From: Candidatus Heimdallarchaeota archaeon
GTDB lineage: Archaea; Asgardarchaeota; Heimdallarchaeia; Heimdallarchaeales; Kariarchaeaceae
Reading direction: 5' to 3'
Assembly: GCA_015523565.1 (NCBI GenBank)
Contig: WAKA01000232.1
Coordinates: 25,274-89,273, forward strand
Length of the DNA stretch: 64,000 nucleotides
Below are positions 39,931 to 50,051 of this stretch, piece by piece; within the stretch, counting starts at the first letter, position 1; the number at the start of each line of letters is the position of its first letter. Position numbers and translations under genes: made by a program. The notes below the pieces were generated by a model. That model saw nothing but the letters and a program-made list of their open reading frames with translations, was not told the DNA's origin and searched no databases.

Positions 39931-41657
39931 TACAGCTCATAATAAATTCCTCTCTCATTTAGCAATTTTTCGTGAGTCCCTTCCTCTATGATTCGCCCCT
40001 CATCCAATATTACAATATGATCTGCAAATCTCACGGATGAAAGCTTCTGTGTTATGATAACAATAGTTCTCCCCTCAAACAATTCTGCAAGTCTTGTTTG
40101 AAGCTCGTATTCTGTCTGCGCATCTACAGAACTGGTGCTGTCATCAAAAATCAAAATTTTAGGCTTCACAAGCACTGCCCTGGCAATTGCAAGCCGTTGT
40201 TGTTGACCGCCAGATAGGGTGATTCCTCTTTCTCCAATAATTGTATCATATTTTTGCGGTAACTTTTCAATGAATTCATCTGCTCTTGCTATTTGAGCTG
40301 CTTCTTTTATCTCCTCCATTGTCGCTTCTGGTTTCCCAAATGAAATGTTGTCTCTTACAGAACGTGAAAACAGAAATGGCTCTTGTGAAACAATCCCAAT
40401 ACTTTCTCTCAGACTCTGCAATTCCACATCTTGAATGTTTTGTCCATCAATTGCAATTCTCCCGAAAGTGGGATCATAGAACCTAGGGATGAGTTGTACA
40501 AGTGTTGATTTGCCACTTCCTGATGAGCCCAAGATTGCAACGGTCTCTCCTCCTTTCATTAATAAGTTTATGTTTGAAAGGACTTTCCGTCCATTTTCAT
40601 ATTCAAAAGAAACATCCTGAAATTCTATTGTGCCATCTGTGATTTTCAACGGATATGCTCCATCTTTGTTTTTAATGTCTTCTTCTGCATAAAGAAAAGA
40701 AAACACCCTTTGACCTGAAATTGTCACTGAGTTATATCCCATCAGAAAACTTCCAAACAATCTTGTGGGCGTTCGCAACTGAAGCATAAATAAATTAATT
40801 AAAACCAAATCCCCGACAGTCAATCCACTAGAAGGGTCCCTGATTATTATGATGCCTCCCTGAACTACCACAAAAACAGATGCCATGGAAATTATGAAAA
40901 CAGCTAAGGGGATTGACAGCCTATTGATTATTACTGATTTGAGATAAAGCTTATAATATCGACGTGCTTTTTTCTCAAACCTTTCCATCTCTCTTTTTTC
41001 TGAACCAAATGCTTTGACCACTTCAATTCCTGTAATCTTCTCTTGAATCTCATTCGAAATCTTCCCAAATTCCTTCTGCCTTGCCTTGATTACTGGTCTG
41101 ACCTTTCTGCCGTAAATGTATGAGATCACAAAAAGAATTGGCAAAAGAAAAATGTATAGCAACAGAATTGTAGGTTCAACGAAATATATTGTCAATCCAA
41201 TGCTGATATAGTAGTATATGGCATTCAATCCAACTCTGAAATTTCTTGAGAGATATGACCTGATGACTTCAATATCTGACGTCATTTTAGCTAAAATCTG
41301 ACCTGCCGTTTCCTTGGAAAGAAAATTCATTGACTGATGTTGCATTTTTTCAAACATTTGGTTCCTTAGCCTAAATGTTGACAAATATCCTCCTTTGTCA
41401 TTAAAATAACGGTTCCCATAATTCAATCCACTTCTTGCCAATCCCAATAAAATAAACTCAATTGGATATAACCAAACTTTCTCCAACTGCCTACCTATGA
41501 TTATATCATCCACAAACTTTGCAAACACCACCGCATTTAACAAGAGAACTTGGACTCCTCCAAACATGCACAATATTCCTATAATGAATAAATGCAGGTT
41601 TGGACGAGCCAGTTTAAACAGCTCCCTTTGTATTCGAATGCTTGAAAACCTATCCAT
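39882..41657 (-). CDS. ABC exporter, fused permease/ATP-binding (partner half transporter)
   Basis: GSSGSGKST, LSGGQQQRLAIARA, ILIFDDSTSSVD. Start trimmed to MDRFSS; the first ~83 codons of the ORF-track frame look non-coding. Confidence 0.75.
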   Translation of the reverse strand: MDRFSSIRIQRELFKLARPNLHLFIIGILCMFGGVQVLLLNAVVFAKFVDDIIIGRQLEKVWLYPIEFILLGLARSGLNYGNRYFNDKGGYLSTFRLRNQMFEKMQHQSMNFLSKETAGQILAKMTSDIEVIRSYLSRNFRVGLNAIYYYISIGLTIYFVEPTILLLYIFLLPILFVISYIYGRKVRPVIKARQKEFGKISNEIQEKITGIEVVKAFGSEKREMERFEKKARRYYKLYLKSVIINRLSIPLAVFIISMASVFVVVQGGIIIIRDPSSGLTVGDLVLINLFMLQLRTPTRLFGSFLMGYNSVTISGQRVFSFLYAEEDIKNKDGAYPLKITDGTIEFQDVSFEYENGRKVLSNINLLMKGGETVAILGSSGSGKSTLVQLIPRFYDPTFGRIAIDGQNIQDVELQSLRESIGIVSQEPFLFSRSVRDNISFGKPEATMEEIKEAAQIARADEFIEKLPQKYDTIIGERGITLSGGQQQRLAIARAVLVKPKILIFDDSTSSVDAQTEYELQTRLAELFEGRTIVIITQKLSSVRFADHIVILDEGRIIEEGTHEKLLNERGIYYELYCMQKGMKEEVIQEGK

Positions 41658-41744
41658 CTTTTCCCTATTGAATTTGACCAATTTAAACTTGAAGAACTTG
41701 GAAAATCTTGTTTGACATATTACTATTTCTGATAACAAAAGAAT

Positions 41745-42431
41745 TTGTATGCCGACTCGAATGGGAATACAATGAAAAAGAAAATTGAAACTGACAAGAG
41801 AGCACTTATTCATTTTGCAACAGAAGGAAAAATCCTTGATTTTGTCGAACTTCTTGTCAGTAATATAAGTCAAGAGGTTGAATTTCTCATCTCCTATTTG
41901 AAACAAAAATCCGTTGATATTGAAACTATTATGGAAAATTTGGCACTCAGGAATGATAAATACTCAGAAAGCCTGAATGAACTTCTTATCAACGGCATAT
42001 TCCTCCCCTTTGATGAAAAAATCCTGTACAATATCACCAAGGGATTTCATGAAGTAATTGAAAATATAGAGGCATTTGCGCATCGAATCGAATTGCTGAA
42101 ATTGCCTGATTGGATAACTGAACACTTGATTTCCATGTTGGACTCTTTCTTGAATCTCCTCAGCGCCATTGACTCATGGTTTGAAAAAGATGCGGAAATT
42201 TCCATTGAAACAGTACAGGCCGCTGAAAATCAAGCAGATATCATACATGCCAGTTTCCTAAAGAAAGCCTACTCTGCTGAACTTGATTTCAAAACATTTC
42301 ATTTGGCCCTTCAGCTTGACTCCATACTTGAATCGACAATTGACCAGTCAGAGGCGTTGGCAAAGGATCTTGTTCTCCTCCTAAAATACAATACGTTAGC
42401 CACCCAACCTCCCCCAACATACCTAAGCTAA
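41745..42431 (+). CDS. hypothetical protein, DUF47/PhoU-like helical
   Basis: 228 aa all-helical. FLPFDEKILYNITKGFHEVIENIEAFA resembles the DUF47 core P-x-D-R-E-D-I...D-d-I. Confidence 0.3.
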   Translation: MYADSNGNTMKKKIETDKRALIHFATEGKILDFVELLVSNISQEVEFLISYLKQKSVDIETIMENLALRNDKYSESLNELLINGIFLPFDEKILYNITKGFHEVIENIEAFAHRIELLKLPDWITEHLISMLDSFLNLLSAIDSWFEKDAEISIETVQAAENQADIIHASFLKKAYSAELDFKTFHLALQLDSILESTIDQSEALAKDLVLLLKYNTLATQPPPTYLS

Positions 42432-43568
42432 TCATTTTGAATTCACAAACTGGACTATTTTCTCCAATCCTTCAAATAACCTTTCTTCTGAAGTTGCACA
42501 GTTTATTCTTACATGTCCTTTCCCGTCAGGCCCAAATAATGAGCCTGGTACAACCTCTACCCCTTTTCTTTTCAAGAGGTCCTTACTAAATTTCTCATCA
42601 TCTTCTGTCTTGACATCTGGAAAGACAAAAAAAGCGCCTTCTGGTCTAATGCATTGAAGACCGTTGTCGTCCAAATATTCACTTGCTTTTTTTGTGTTCG
42701 ATGCCATTAATCTTCTGAATTCCTTAACCCATTTTCTTGAGTTGTCATTTCCCAATGCAAATTCAAGAACAAAAGATGTGATCGGGGACGGTGCAACTAA
42801 AAGATGCTCAACCACCTCTTGAACAACCTTTGTGTCTGAAAACTGGAGAGACATGAACCCCGATCTGAAACCTGCAAGACCATATGCTTTTGAAAAACCA
42901 AAAAGTGATATGGTTCTGTCTTGTAACCCTTCAATTGAACCTAACGCTATATGTTCTGCTCTGAAATGCAATGGCTCATAAAGTTCATCTGAAAAGCAGA
43001 GAAAATCATAGTCATTTGCCAAATCCCTAATCAACTTAAAATCCTGTTTGCCAAAAAGTGTGCCCGTTGGATTGTTTGGATTGGAAATTGCCAACAACTT
43101 TGTATTATGGTTTACACTTTCTTTCAAACGTTCATGATCGAGCCTCCCTTGGTCATCAAATCCTGCCCAATCAATACTGTTTCCTTCCTCACTTGCATGG
43201 AAATGGATGGGGGGATAGATTGGATTGACTACACAAATATTCCCGTTTTTCTTGGAAATATATTTCATGACGGTGTAAATGCCAACCATTGTGCCAGGGA
43301 TTACTTGAACTGTTGCATTTCTTATCCCCTTCCCATCCAAGAATTTATTCGCCACCATAATTGCACTTTTCAATCCCTCCCGCTTTTGGTAAAAAGCATA
43401 ATGGTCTGAAAGCCTTGATGAAATATATTCTGATATCCCTTTTGGACCTGCAAAATCAATGTCTGCAATCCCCAACCCTACTCCTTCTTCTGGAATTTCA
43501 TCATGCCATTTCAATGGGCAATATTTTCTTAGTTCATCAATCTCTAAAATTTCCATGCCTTCTTTCAT
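42432..43568 (-). CDS. class I/II pyridoxal-phosphate-dependent aminotransferase
   Basis: NPNNPTG, and FGFSKAYGLAGFRSG with the PLP-binding Lys in S-K-x5-G-x-R-x-G. Confidence 0.75.
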   Translation of the reverse strand: MKEGMEILEIDELRKYCPLKWHDEIPEEGVGLGIADIDFAGPKGISEYISSRLSDHYAFYQKREGLKSAIMVANKFLDGKGIRNATVQVIPGTMVGIYTVMKYISKKNGNICVVNPIYPPIHFHASEEGNSIDWAGFDDQGRLDHERLKESVNHNTKLLAISNPNNPTGTLFGKQDFKLIRDLANDYDFLCFSDELYEPLHFRAEHIALGSIEGLQDRTISLFGFSKAYGLAGFRSGFMSLQFSDTKVVQEVVEHLLVAPSPITSFVLEFALGNDNSRKWVKEFRRLMASNTKKASEYLDDNGLQCIRPEGAFFVFPDVKTEDDEKFSKDLLKRKGVEVVPGSLFGPDGKGHVRINCATSEERLFEGLEKIVQFVNSK

Positions 43569-43611
43569 ATCTTCAAAATTAAAACAATGTGTTGTCCCTA
43601 ATCCACATGCA

Positions 43612-44784
43612 TCAAAGATTTTTTATAACCTTTCCAGGCTCTTCTCGTGAAATCATGATTACAGAGAACAAGGCTGACATGATACTGAGCATTACAACGA
43701 TGAACAGGTTAATTCCTATTGGTAATCCTTTGGCAAATTCAACCATAAAATCCATTTGTTCACCTATGTTATATCTTCCAATACGATACAATCCATACGA
43801 TGCACTAATCACTCCTATAATCGTCCCCATAATCGAAGCAAAGCCTACCAGTATAAAATATTCTGAAAAAATCTCCAACATTAGAAATTCTTCTGAAGTT
43901 CCTATTGCCCTTTTAATTCCTATTTCCTTCTTTCTTATCCTTAATGAAAGCTGGCTGAATATGATGACCATGATCAATGAAGAAACAAATGCTGTAAATG
44001 CAACATATGTGGTCAAATCATTTATGCTTTTTACCATGCCTTCCAATAAAATGTCACGCTCCGTTTGATTGAGCGCATTCAGGTCGGGAAACTCTTTTTC
44101 AATCTCACTTTCTAGATCCCTTAATGAAACCCCCTTCTTTGGAGAAACAACAATCATACTGACTGAACCAGTGTCTTGAAATATCTTGAAATAATCCGCT
44201 TGAGACATAACCACATATTTTTCCATGACTGTTGATTTCGCTCTGATTAGACCTGTAATCAAATATTCTTGATTATCCAATGAAATAAAGGACCCAACCC
44301 TTTCCCCTCGTGTATAAAATGAGGTTCCTTTTCCAATTACAACCTCTGACATGTTATATCTCCCAAATCTTCCTTCAATTTCTGCATTGAGGAAAAAATC
44401 ATATGCTGGCTCTCCAAAACTCCCATTCCCAATTCCTATAATAAGATCACCAAGCACAGAACTTCCTTGGTCTGCTTTGGGAGACCATATCAATGAGGCA
44501 AATCCTTCAATGTCTTTTAGCTGAGCGATAGAATCTTCAACGTTCTTGTTTATCTCACTGTTAATTGGCAAGCCATTGATAAATGTGACCCCTCTTTCAA
44601 CAAGCACCAATTTGCCATTATAGGTATCAAATGTCTCAATGGCATCTTGTTTGTATTTGATTACTGAACCTGAAATCCCTGAAATCAACGAAAAAGATGT
44701 GATTAGCCCGACGCATAAAATTATGGTCAATGTCCGATTTCTCGTGAGATGTTGAAATGATCGGGATAAAATGTATTTCCACAC
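43612..44784 (-). CDS. FtsX/MacB-like ABC transporter permease with large extracytoplasmic domain
   Basis: 390 aa: N-terminal TM, ~230-aa periplasm-like domain, then 3 C-terminal TM helices, as in the MacB/LolE family. Confidence 0.65.
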   Translation of the reverse strand: MWKYILSRSFQHLTRNRTLTIILCVGLITSFSLISGISGSVIKYKQDAIETFDTYNGKLVLVERGVTFINGLPINSEINKNVEDSIAQLKDIEGFASLIWSPKADQGSSVLGDLIIGIGNGSFGEPAYDFFLNAEIEGRFGRYNMSEVVIGKGTSFYTRGERVGSFISLDNQEYLITGLIRAKSTVMEKYVVMSQADYFKIFQDTGSVSMIVVSPKKGVSLRDLESEIEKEFPDLNALNQTERDILLEGMVKSINDLTTYVAFTAFVSSLIMVIIFSQLSLRIRKKEIGIKRAIGTSEEFLMLEIFSEYFILVGFASIMGTIIGVISASYGLYRIGRYNIGEQMDFMVEFAKGLPIGINLFIVVMLSIMSALFSVIMISREEPGKVIKNL

Positions 44785-44829
44785 TAATTTTTTTTATATT
44801 ATTTCTTATTAAAAATTAAAGGTGGATTT

Positions 44830-46920
44830 TCAGTTTTTTCGCTTTTTCTTTATTATTAGTGGAACTACGACCAATGCCGACAAAAATGCCATGAATGGGA
44901 CTGGTAAAAATCCTCCTCCTGCTTCTGTACTTATTGGTAATGCTATGTCCGCTGATCCCACTTTTACTATGGTCACGTTGACATCTCCATATCCATAGAC
45001 AGTAGTGTAGACTTTTGCATCCCTAACTGCCGTAAACACCTGTCCGAAATATGAAATGCCGTAACCGGCAAATGCAGGGGTCAATTCATAGAATGGATAA
45101 TTCCCATCAGTATCAACAAAAGAAACGAAACCATAACTTCCTGCAGGCAAAGTCCCTGGACTACTAGATGAAACACCTACGTCAACTTTTACATAAAAGC
45201 TTTCTCCAGCTTTCACATCAAATGTCAGGAGCTTCGCGGTTGGCAATCTATTTATTTCTGAATGATCTTTTAGCATAAATCCTGTATGCACTGTGGTTTC
45301 CTTGTCAAATTCCAATTGTGGGATGTCTGTGACATTAAATTCAAACATCACGGGTTTCTTTAGGTCATCAAATGAAACTCCACCTGGAGACTGGTAACTT
45401 ATGTCAAATGATGGCACAACGTAGTAATTTCCATCAGATAACATTGGTGCAGGAAATTCTGGAGAGGCTGTCTGATCTGACCTAATTACATTATAGGAAT
45501 TCATAAAATTGGGACCAAACACATTCACAGATCCACTTATTGAATAATTTGGTTCTGTTTCATCTAAACCAACTGTTGCTTTACCTTCCAACGCCTTGCC
45601 GTCTGTCCCTGTGAATTGGAATATCGGAATTCCATCTTCTGTTGGATCAAATGAAACAGGGGAACTTGCACTCAGGGGGGTGGTTGTTGACTTCTCTATG
45701 TCAAACATCCCATCAAAAATATACAGGTTTTCTGTTCCGTTTATCCTTGCAACCAAATCGGAAAAAATCATTGCAGATGCTTGTTCCGTTCCAAAGAAAT
45801 CAGTTGATATTTCTAGTCTCTTTTGAACAAAAACTGATGCTTGCAAATCGTCCCTCAATGGGAATGAAGGGAACGGTTCCAATGTGTTTCTGAATTCCAA
45901 TTGCCAATCTGGTAAATTTGGAATAATTGGAAACATTAATGTATCTGTTGCATATTTTCCATCAAAATAATGGTTGTTTGTAATTGATCCAAAAGGATCA
46001 ACTATTGCAAATTTTCCTGTTCCATTTACCTTCAATGTATCAAAACCCGTGTTTTCCATTGAGTAAAATGACAAGTCTTCTGTGGAAGTGGATTTCAATG
46101 GTGTTGGTGTAATTTTTTCTAGTTTAATTTCTGCATTGTAATCTATTTTTTTATTCCTTAAAACACTTAATCCTCTGCAAATTTTAACGCTCCCATTAAT
46201 TGGGTTTTCCTGTTGTAAATATGCAATATAGTATTTGGTATTGGTTTCTGAAGAAAATAGATATGGATTGTTGACAACTCCCAAAAAGTAATTGAATAAT
46301 CCTAGATCTGAAATAAAAGTGTCTGTTGAAGAGGAAGAGACAGTTATGTTATAATATCCTGTTTCTGCTGGAGCAGGCAAGGAGAACAATGTCGTATCAC
46401 AAGACTGATTTGCAGGAATGCTTCCTGAAAATGTATCTGTGTTTACTCTCTGTTTCAATAAATATTCAATTTTAATGCTTGTTGTAGGGTTTTCTACCTC
46501 ACCCTCCTTATAAGAAATTAAAATTGCTACTTTTTTGGGCTCTGGTATTTGCCAAACTGGAAATTGTAGATGGGTGATGGGAGAATAAGAATCAGCATAT
46601 TTCATATATGAACCAGATGCTACAAATGTTGAAACGCCTAGTTCCCTATTTTGAACAAGGATGTCTATCTCATTTCGAATTGTTACTTGCCCACTTGTTA
46701 CTTCACTACCCCAATTTATGTTGACAATGTATGTTCCCACTTCATTGATATCTAAATAGGCGAAATAGTCCCCACCAGCCTTTTGAACTGGCACGTTCAC
46801 TATTTCCCCTGTTGAGATTGTTTTTGTTTCATCCGCCAATGTTGAATATGGGTTCCTTATGAAACCAAACCCCAACACCAGCAAAAATGCAAGAATTGAG
46901 AATGCTAATTTTCTTTTCAT
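44830..46920 (-). CDS. large secreted cell-surface protein, paralog B (signal peptide, many N-x-S/T sequons, C-terminal TM + KKKRKN tail)
   Basis: 696 aa. About 60% identical to the upstream paralog. The C-terminus GGGFLPVPFMAFLSALVVVPLIIKKKRKN is a PGF-CTERM-like sorting or anchor signal. Confidence 0.6.
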   Translation of the reverse strand: MKRKLAFSILAFLLVLGFGFIRNPYSTLADETKTISTGEIVNVPVQKAGGDYFAYLDINEVGTYIVNINWGSEVTSGQVTIRNEIDILVQNRELGVSTFVASGSYMKYADSYSPITHLQFPVWQIPEPKKVAILISYKEGEVENPTTSIKIEYLLKQRVNTDTFSGSIPANQSCDTTLFSLPAPAETGYYNITVSSSSTDTFISDLGLFNYFLGVVNNPYLFSSETNTKYYIAYLQQENPINGSVKICRGLSVLRNKKIDYNAEIKLEKITPTPLKSTSTEDLSFYSMENTGFDTLKVNGTGKFAIVDPFGSITNNHYFDGKYATDTLMFPIIPNLPDWQLEFRNTLEPFPSFPLRDDLQASVFVQKRLEISTDFFGTEQASAMIFSDLVARINGTENLYIFDGMFDIEKSTTTPLSASSPVSFDPTEDGIPIFQFTGTDGKALEGKATVGLDETEPNYSISGSVNVFGPNFMNSYNVIRSDQTASPEFPAPMLSDGNYYVVPSFDISYQSPGGVSFDDLKKPVMFEFNVTDIPQLEFDKETTVHTGFMLKDHSEINRLPTAKLLTFDVKAGESFYVKVDVGVSSSSPGTLPAGSYGFVSFVDTDGNYPFYELTPAFAGYGISYFGQVFTAVRDAKVYTTVYGYGDVNVTIVKVGSADIALPISTEAGGGFLPVPFMAFLSALVVVPLIIKKKRKN

Positions 46921-47120
46921 AGTGTATGAAAATATTCCGTGTATGTTAAAAAAATTGTGGTGAAAATCTGATTTATTGTAGCTATTCTTAACAGTTTCCT
47001 ACACTCGTTGTGGTGGTTTGTGCTTCTTATTTAGATTTGAACAATTGGAATATTAGCCATTAAGAAAAATAATGCAATGGTATTTTCAACCAATCTTAAT
47101 TAACAATCAATGGAAAATTC

Positions 47121-49217
47121 TCACTTTTTCCGTTTTTTATTTATTATCAATGGTACCACAGCGATTGCAGACAAAAATGCCAAAAATGGCGCTGGTAAAA
47201 ATCCGCCTCCCGTATCTGTGCTTATTGGTAGCTTTATGTCGGCAGAACCTACCTTTACTATAGTAACATTGACATCCCCAAATCCATAAACCCAAGTATA
47301 GACTTTTGCATCCCTTACAGCAGTGAATACCTGTCCGAAATAGGAAATACCAAAACCAGCAAACGCGGGTGTTACCTCATAGAATGGATAATATCCCTCT
47401 TTATCCACAAAAGATACAAATGCATAACTCCCCAAAGGATTAACACCAATGCTACTGGACGAAGCAACCCCTACATCTACTGTTAAATAGAAACTTTCCC
47501 CTGCCTTTACATCAAATGTCATGAGCTTTGCAGTTGGTATTCTATAGACATTTGAATAATACTTGTCACTAAATCCTGTATGCAATGTTGTTTCTTTGTC
47601 AAATTCCAATTGCGGAATGTCTGTAATATTGAATTCGAATGTCACAGGCTTCTTCAGGTTTTCAAATGAAACACCTTTTGAGGACCTATAATATATATTG
47701 AATGAGGGGACAATATAATAGGTGCCTCCAGATAACATTGGTAAAGGAAATGAAGGGGATTGTGTTTGATCTGACCTAATCACATCATAGGAATTTACAA
47801 AATTGGAACCATAAGCATTTACAGCCCCATTTATAAAATAATTTGTTTCATTTTTATCAACCTCTATAGTTGCTATGCCTTCCAATGATTTCCCTTCCTC
47901 TGCTGAAAATTGGAAAATTGGAATTCCATCATCTGTCGGATCAAATGATACAGATGAACTTGCAGTCAAGGGTGCGATGGTTGATTTTTTGATGTTAAAC
48001 ATTCCATCAAAGACATACAGGTTTTCAGTTCCATTTAGTCTTGGAATCCAATCCGAAGAAAATCTTGCAGAAACAATCTGATTATAAAAATTATCCGTTG
48101 AAATTTCTAGCTTCTTGGAAACAAAAACTGAGGCTTCCAAATCTTTATTCAATGGGAATGACAAAAATGGTTCCAGTGTGTTTCTGACTTCCAATTGCCA
48201 ATTTGGTAAATCTGGAACAATTGGGAACATAACAATATCCGTTTCATTTCCTCCACTCCAAAGACTTCCGCCTGAAATTTGTCCAAAGGGGCTAAATATT
48301 GCAAATGTCCCTGTTCCATTTATTTTCAATGCATCGAAATCTGTGTTTTCCATTGAAAAAAAGGCTAAGTCTTCTGTGGATGTAGTTGCCAAAGGTTTTG
48401 GTGAAATTTTCTCCAGTTTGATTTCTGCGTTATAATCCGACTTTTTGTCTACGGGAACATTAAATCCCCTGCAAATTTTAATGCTTCCATTAACTGGATT
48501 TTCCTTTTGCAGATATGCAATGTAGTTTGAACTATTACCATTTGCTGAAAATAGATAATTGGAATTGACTATTCCCAATAAATAATCGAACAATCTTAAA
48601 CCCACAGGGTAAGTGCCTGACGATGTAGAAACTGTTATGTTGTAATATCCTGTCTCTGAAGGGGCAGGCAATGAAAATAATCTTGTATCGCATGGTTGGT
48701 TCTCTTGGAAACTGCCTGAAAATGTATCTGTGCTTACTCTTTCTTTGAATGAATATCCAATTTCTATTTTTGACGTTGGGTTTTCAATTATCCCTGATAC
48801 TTCATAAGAAATTAAAATTGCAACCTTTTTTGGTTCTGGCACTTGCCAAACTGGAAACTGTAGGTAGGTAGCTGTATCATCCATAAGTTTTGGTGCAGAG
48901 GCAACAGTTGTAGAAATCCCCAATTCCCTGCCTTGGACAAATATATCTGCCTCGTTCCGAATTTCTACATTTGCAGAAGATATTTCACTTCCCCAATTTA
49001 TGTCAATGATATAAGTTCCAATTTCATTGACCTCTAGATAGGCGAAAAAATCCCCGCCGATCTTCTGAACTGGTATGCTTACAGTTTCCCCTATAGAAAT
49101 CGTTTTTGTCTCTTCTGCCAATGCCGAATACGGACTTCCAATAAGACCAAATCCCAACATCAGCAGAAATGCCAAAATTGAAAATGACAACTTTTTTTTC
49201 ATGGTATGTAAAAACAT
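47121..49217 (-). CDS. large secreted cell-surface protein, paralog A
   Basis: 698 aa. The same architecture and C-terminus (GGGFLPAPFLAFLSAIAVVPLIINKKRKK). Its upstream 50 bp is also duplicated. Confidence 0.6.
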   Translation of the reverse strand: MFLHTMKKKLSFSILAFLLMLGFGLIGSPYSALAEETKTISIGETVSIPVQKIGGDFFAYLEVNEIGTYIIDINWGSEISSANVEIRNEADIFVQGRELGISTTVASAPKLMDDTATYLQFPVWQVPEPKKVAILISYEVSGIIENPTSKIEIGYSFKERVSTDTFSGSFQENQPCDTRLFSLPAPSETGYYNITVSTSSGTYPVGLRLFDYLLGIVNSNYLFSANGNSSNYIAYLQKENPVNGSIKICRGFNVPVDKKSDYNAEIKLEKISPKPLATTSTEDLAFFSMENTDFDALKINGTGTFAIFSPFGQISGGSLWSGGNETDIVMFPIVPDLPNWQLEVRNTLEPFLSFPLNKDLEASVFVSKKLEISTDNFYNQIVSARFSSDWIPRLNGTENLYVFDGMFNIKKSTIAPLTASSSVSFDPTDDGIPIFQFSAEEGKSLEGIATIEVDKNETNYFINGAVNAYGSNFVNSYDVIRSDQTQSPSFPLPMLSGGTYYIVPSFNIYYRSSKGVSFENLKKPVTFEFNITDIPQLEFDKETTLHTGFSDKYYSNVYRIPTAKLMTFDVKAGESFYLTVDVGVASSSSIGVNPLGSYAFVSFVDKEGYYPFYEVTPAFAGFGISYFGQVFTAVRDAKVYTWVYGFGDVNVTIVKVGSADIKLPISTDTGGGFLPAPFLAFLSAIAVVPLIINKKRKK

Positions 49218-49242
49218 TGCTTGTGCACTAAAAAAAATTGTG

Positions 49243-49977
49243 ATGAAAATTGGAATTGATAATTTAATTGTTCATTATGGAGTAACAAATATATTCAAAT
49301 TATGCCATCATTATTTATTGAGTGTCGCAATAGTTGTTGATAATCTTTCATTTCAATATGGAACAGACCCATTGTTTGATGAAATTTCATTTGAAATCAA
49401 AAAAAAGAGCTGGGTCGGACTGACTGGCCGTTCTGGCAGTGGCAAAACAACCTTGCTGTTCTTGCTTTCAACTCTTTTGAAACCCCAAAAAGGCATGATT
49501 CATGTATTTGGATCCGAAATCACAAAAATGAAAAGAAAACAGGTAAATAAATTCCGCCTGAAAAATATTGGTTTTGTTTTTCAAGATAATAATTTAATTC
49601 CAGATATGACTGCATTTGAAAATATTGAGTTGCCGCTGGTTCTTGCAGGTATACCCAAATCAATTAGGGAAAAACAGGTCATTCAGTTGATGTCTGAACT
49701 GGAAATCTCTGATTGTAGTTCAAGGCTACCCCACAAGCTTTCTGGAGGACAACAGCAAAGGGTGGCACTTGCAAGGGCTTTGGTTAATCATCCACAGATT
49801 CTTTTTGCAGATGAGCCAACAGGTTCACTCGATTCCATCTCTGAAGAAAACTTATTGGATATTTTAAAAACGCTTAACAGGGAAGGTTTAACAATTGTTT
49901 GTGCAACTCACTCCCCAAAGGTTCTTTCATATTGCAATGACGAAATTATCATTGAAAAATTGGTTAAAGACACTTGA
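49243..49977 (+). CDS. ABC transporter ATP-binding protein (MacB/LolD-like)
   Basis: Walker A GRSGSGKTT, Q-loop, signature LSGGQQQRVALARAL, Walker B LFADEPTGSLD. The ORF-track start at 49075 overlaps the divergent gene. The true start is ATG at 49243 or TTG at about 49318 (MSVAIVVDNLSFQYG). Confidence 0.75.
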   Translation: MKIGIDNLIVHYGVTNIFKLCHHYLLSVAIVVDNLSFQYGTDPLFDEISFEIKKKSWVGLTGRSGSGKTTLLFLLSTLLKPQKGMIHVFGSEITKMKRKQVNKFRLKNIGFVFQDNNLIPDMTAFENIELPLVLAGIPKSIREKQVIQLMSELEISDCSSRLPHKLSGGQQQRVALARALVNHPQILFADEPTGSLDSISEENLLDILKTLNREGLTIVCATHSPKVLSYCNDEIIIEKLVKDT

Positions 49978-50051
49978 TTAATGCAGAAATTCCTATTTGG
50001 GATATATTAACCTGAATTAAATCAAAAGTCTTAGAAATACCGAAAAAATGA

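Noticed and set aside
39882-41906. First ~83 codons of the ORF-track frame for the second ABCB exporter
   Set aside because: The N-terminal stretch (MFQIGDEKFNLLTY...FCCKMNKCSL) is unlike any ABC TMD start. A canonical TMD begins at MDRFSS (ATG ~41657).
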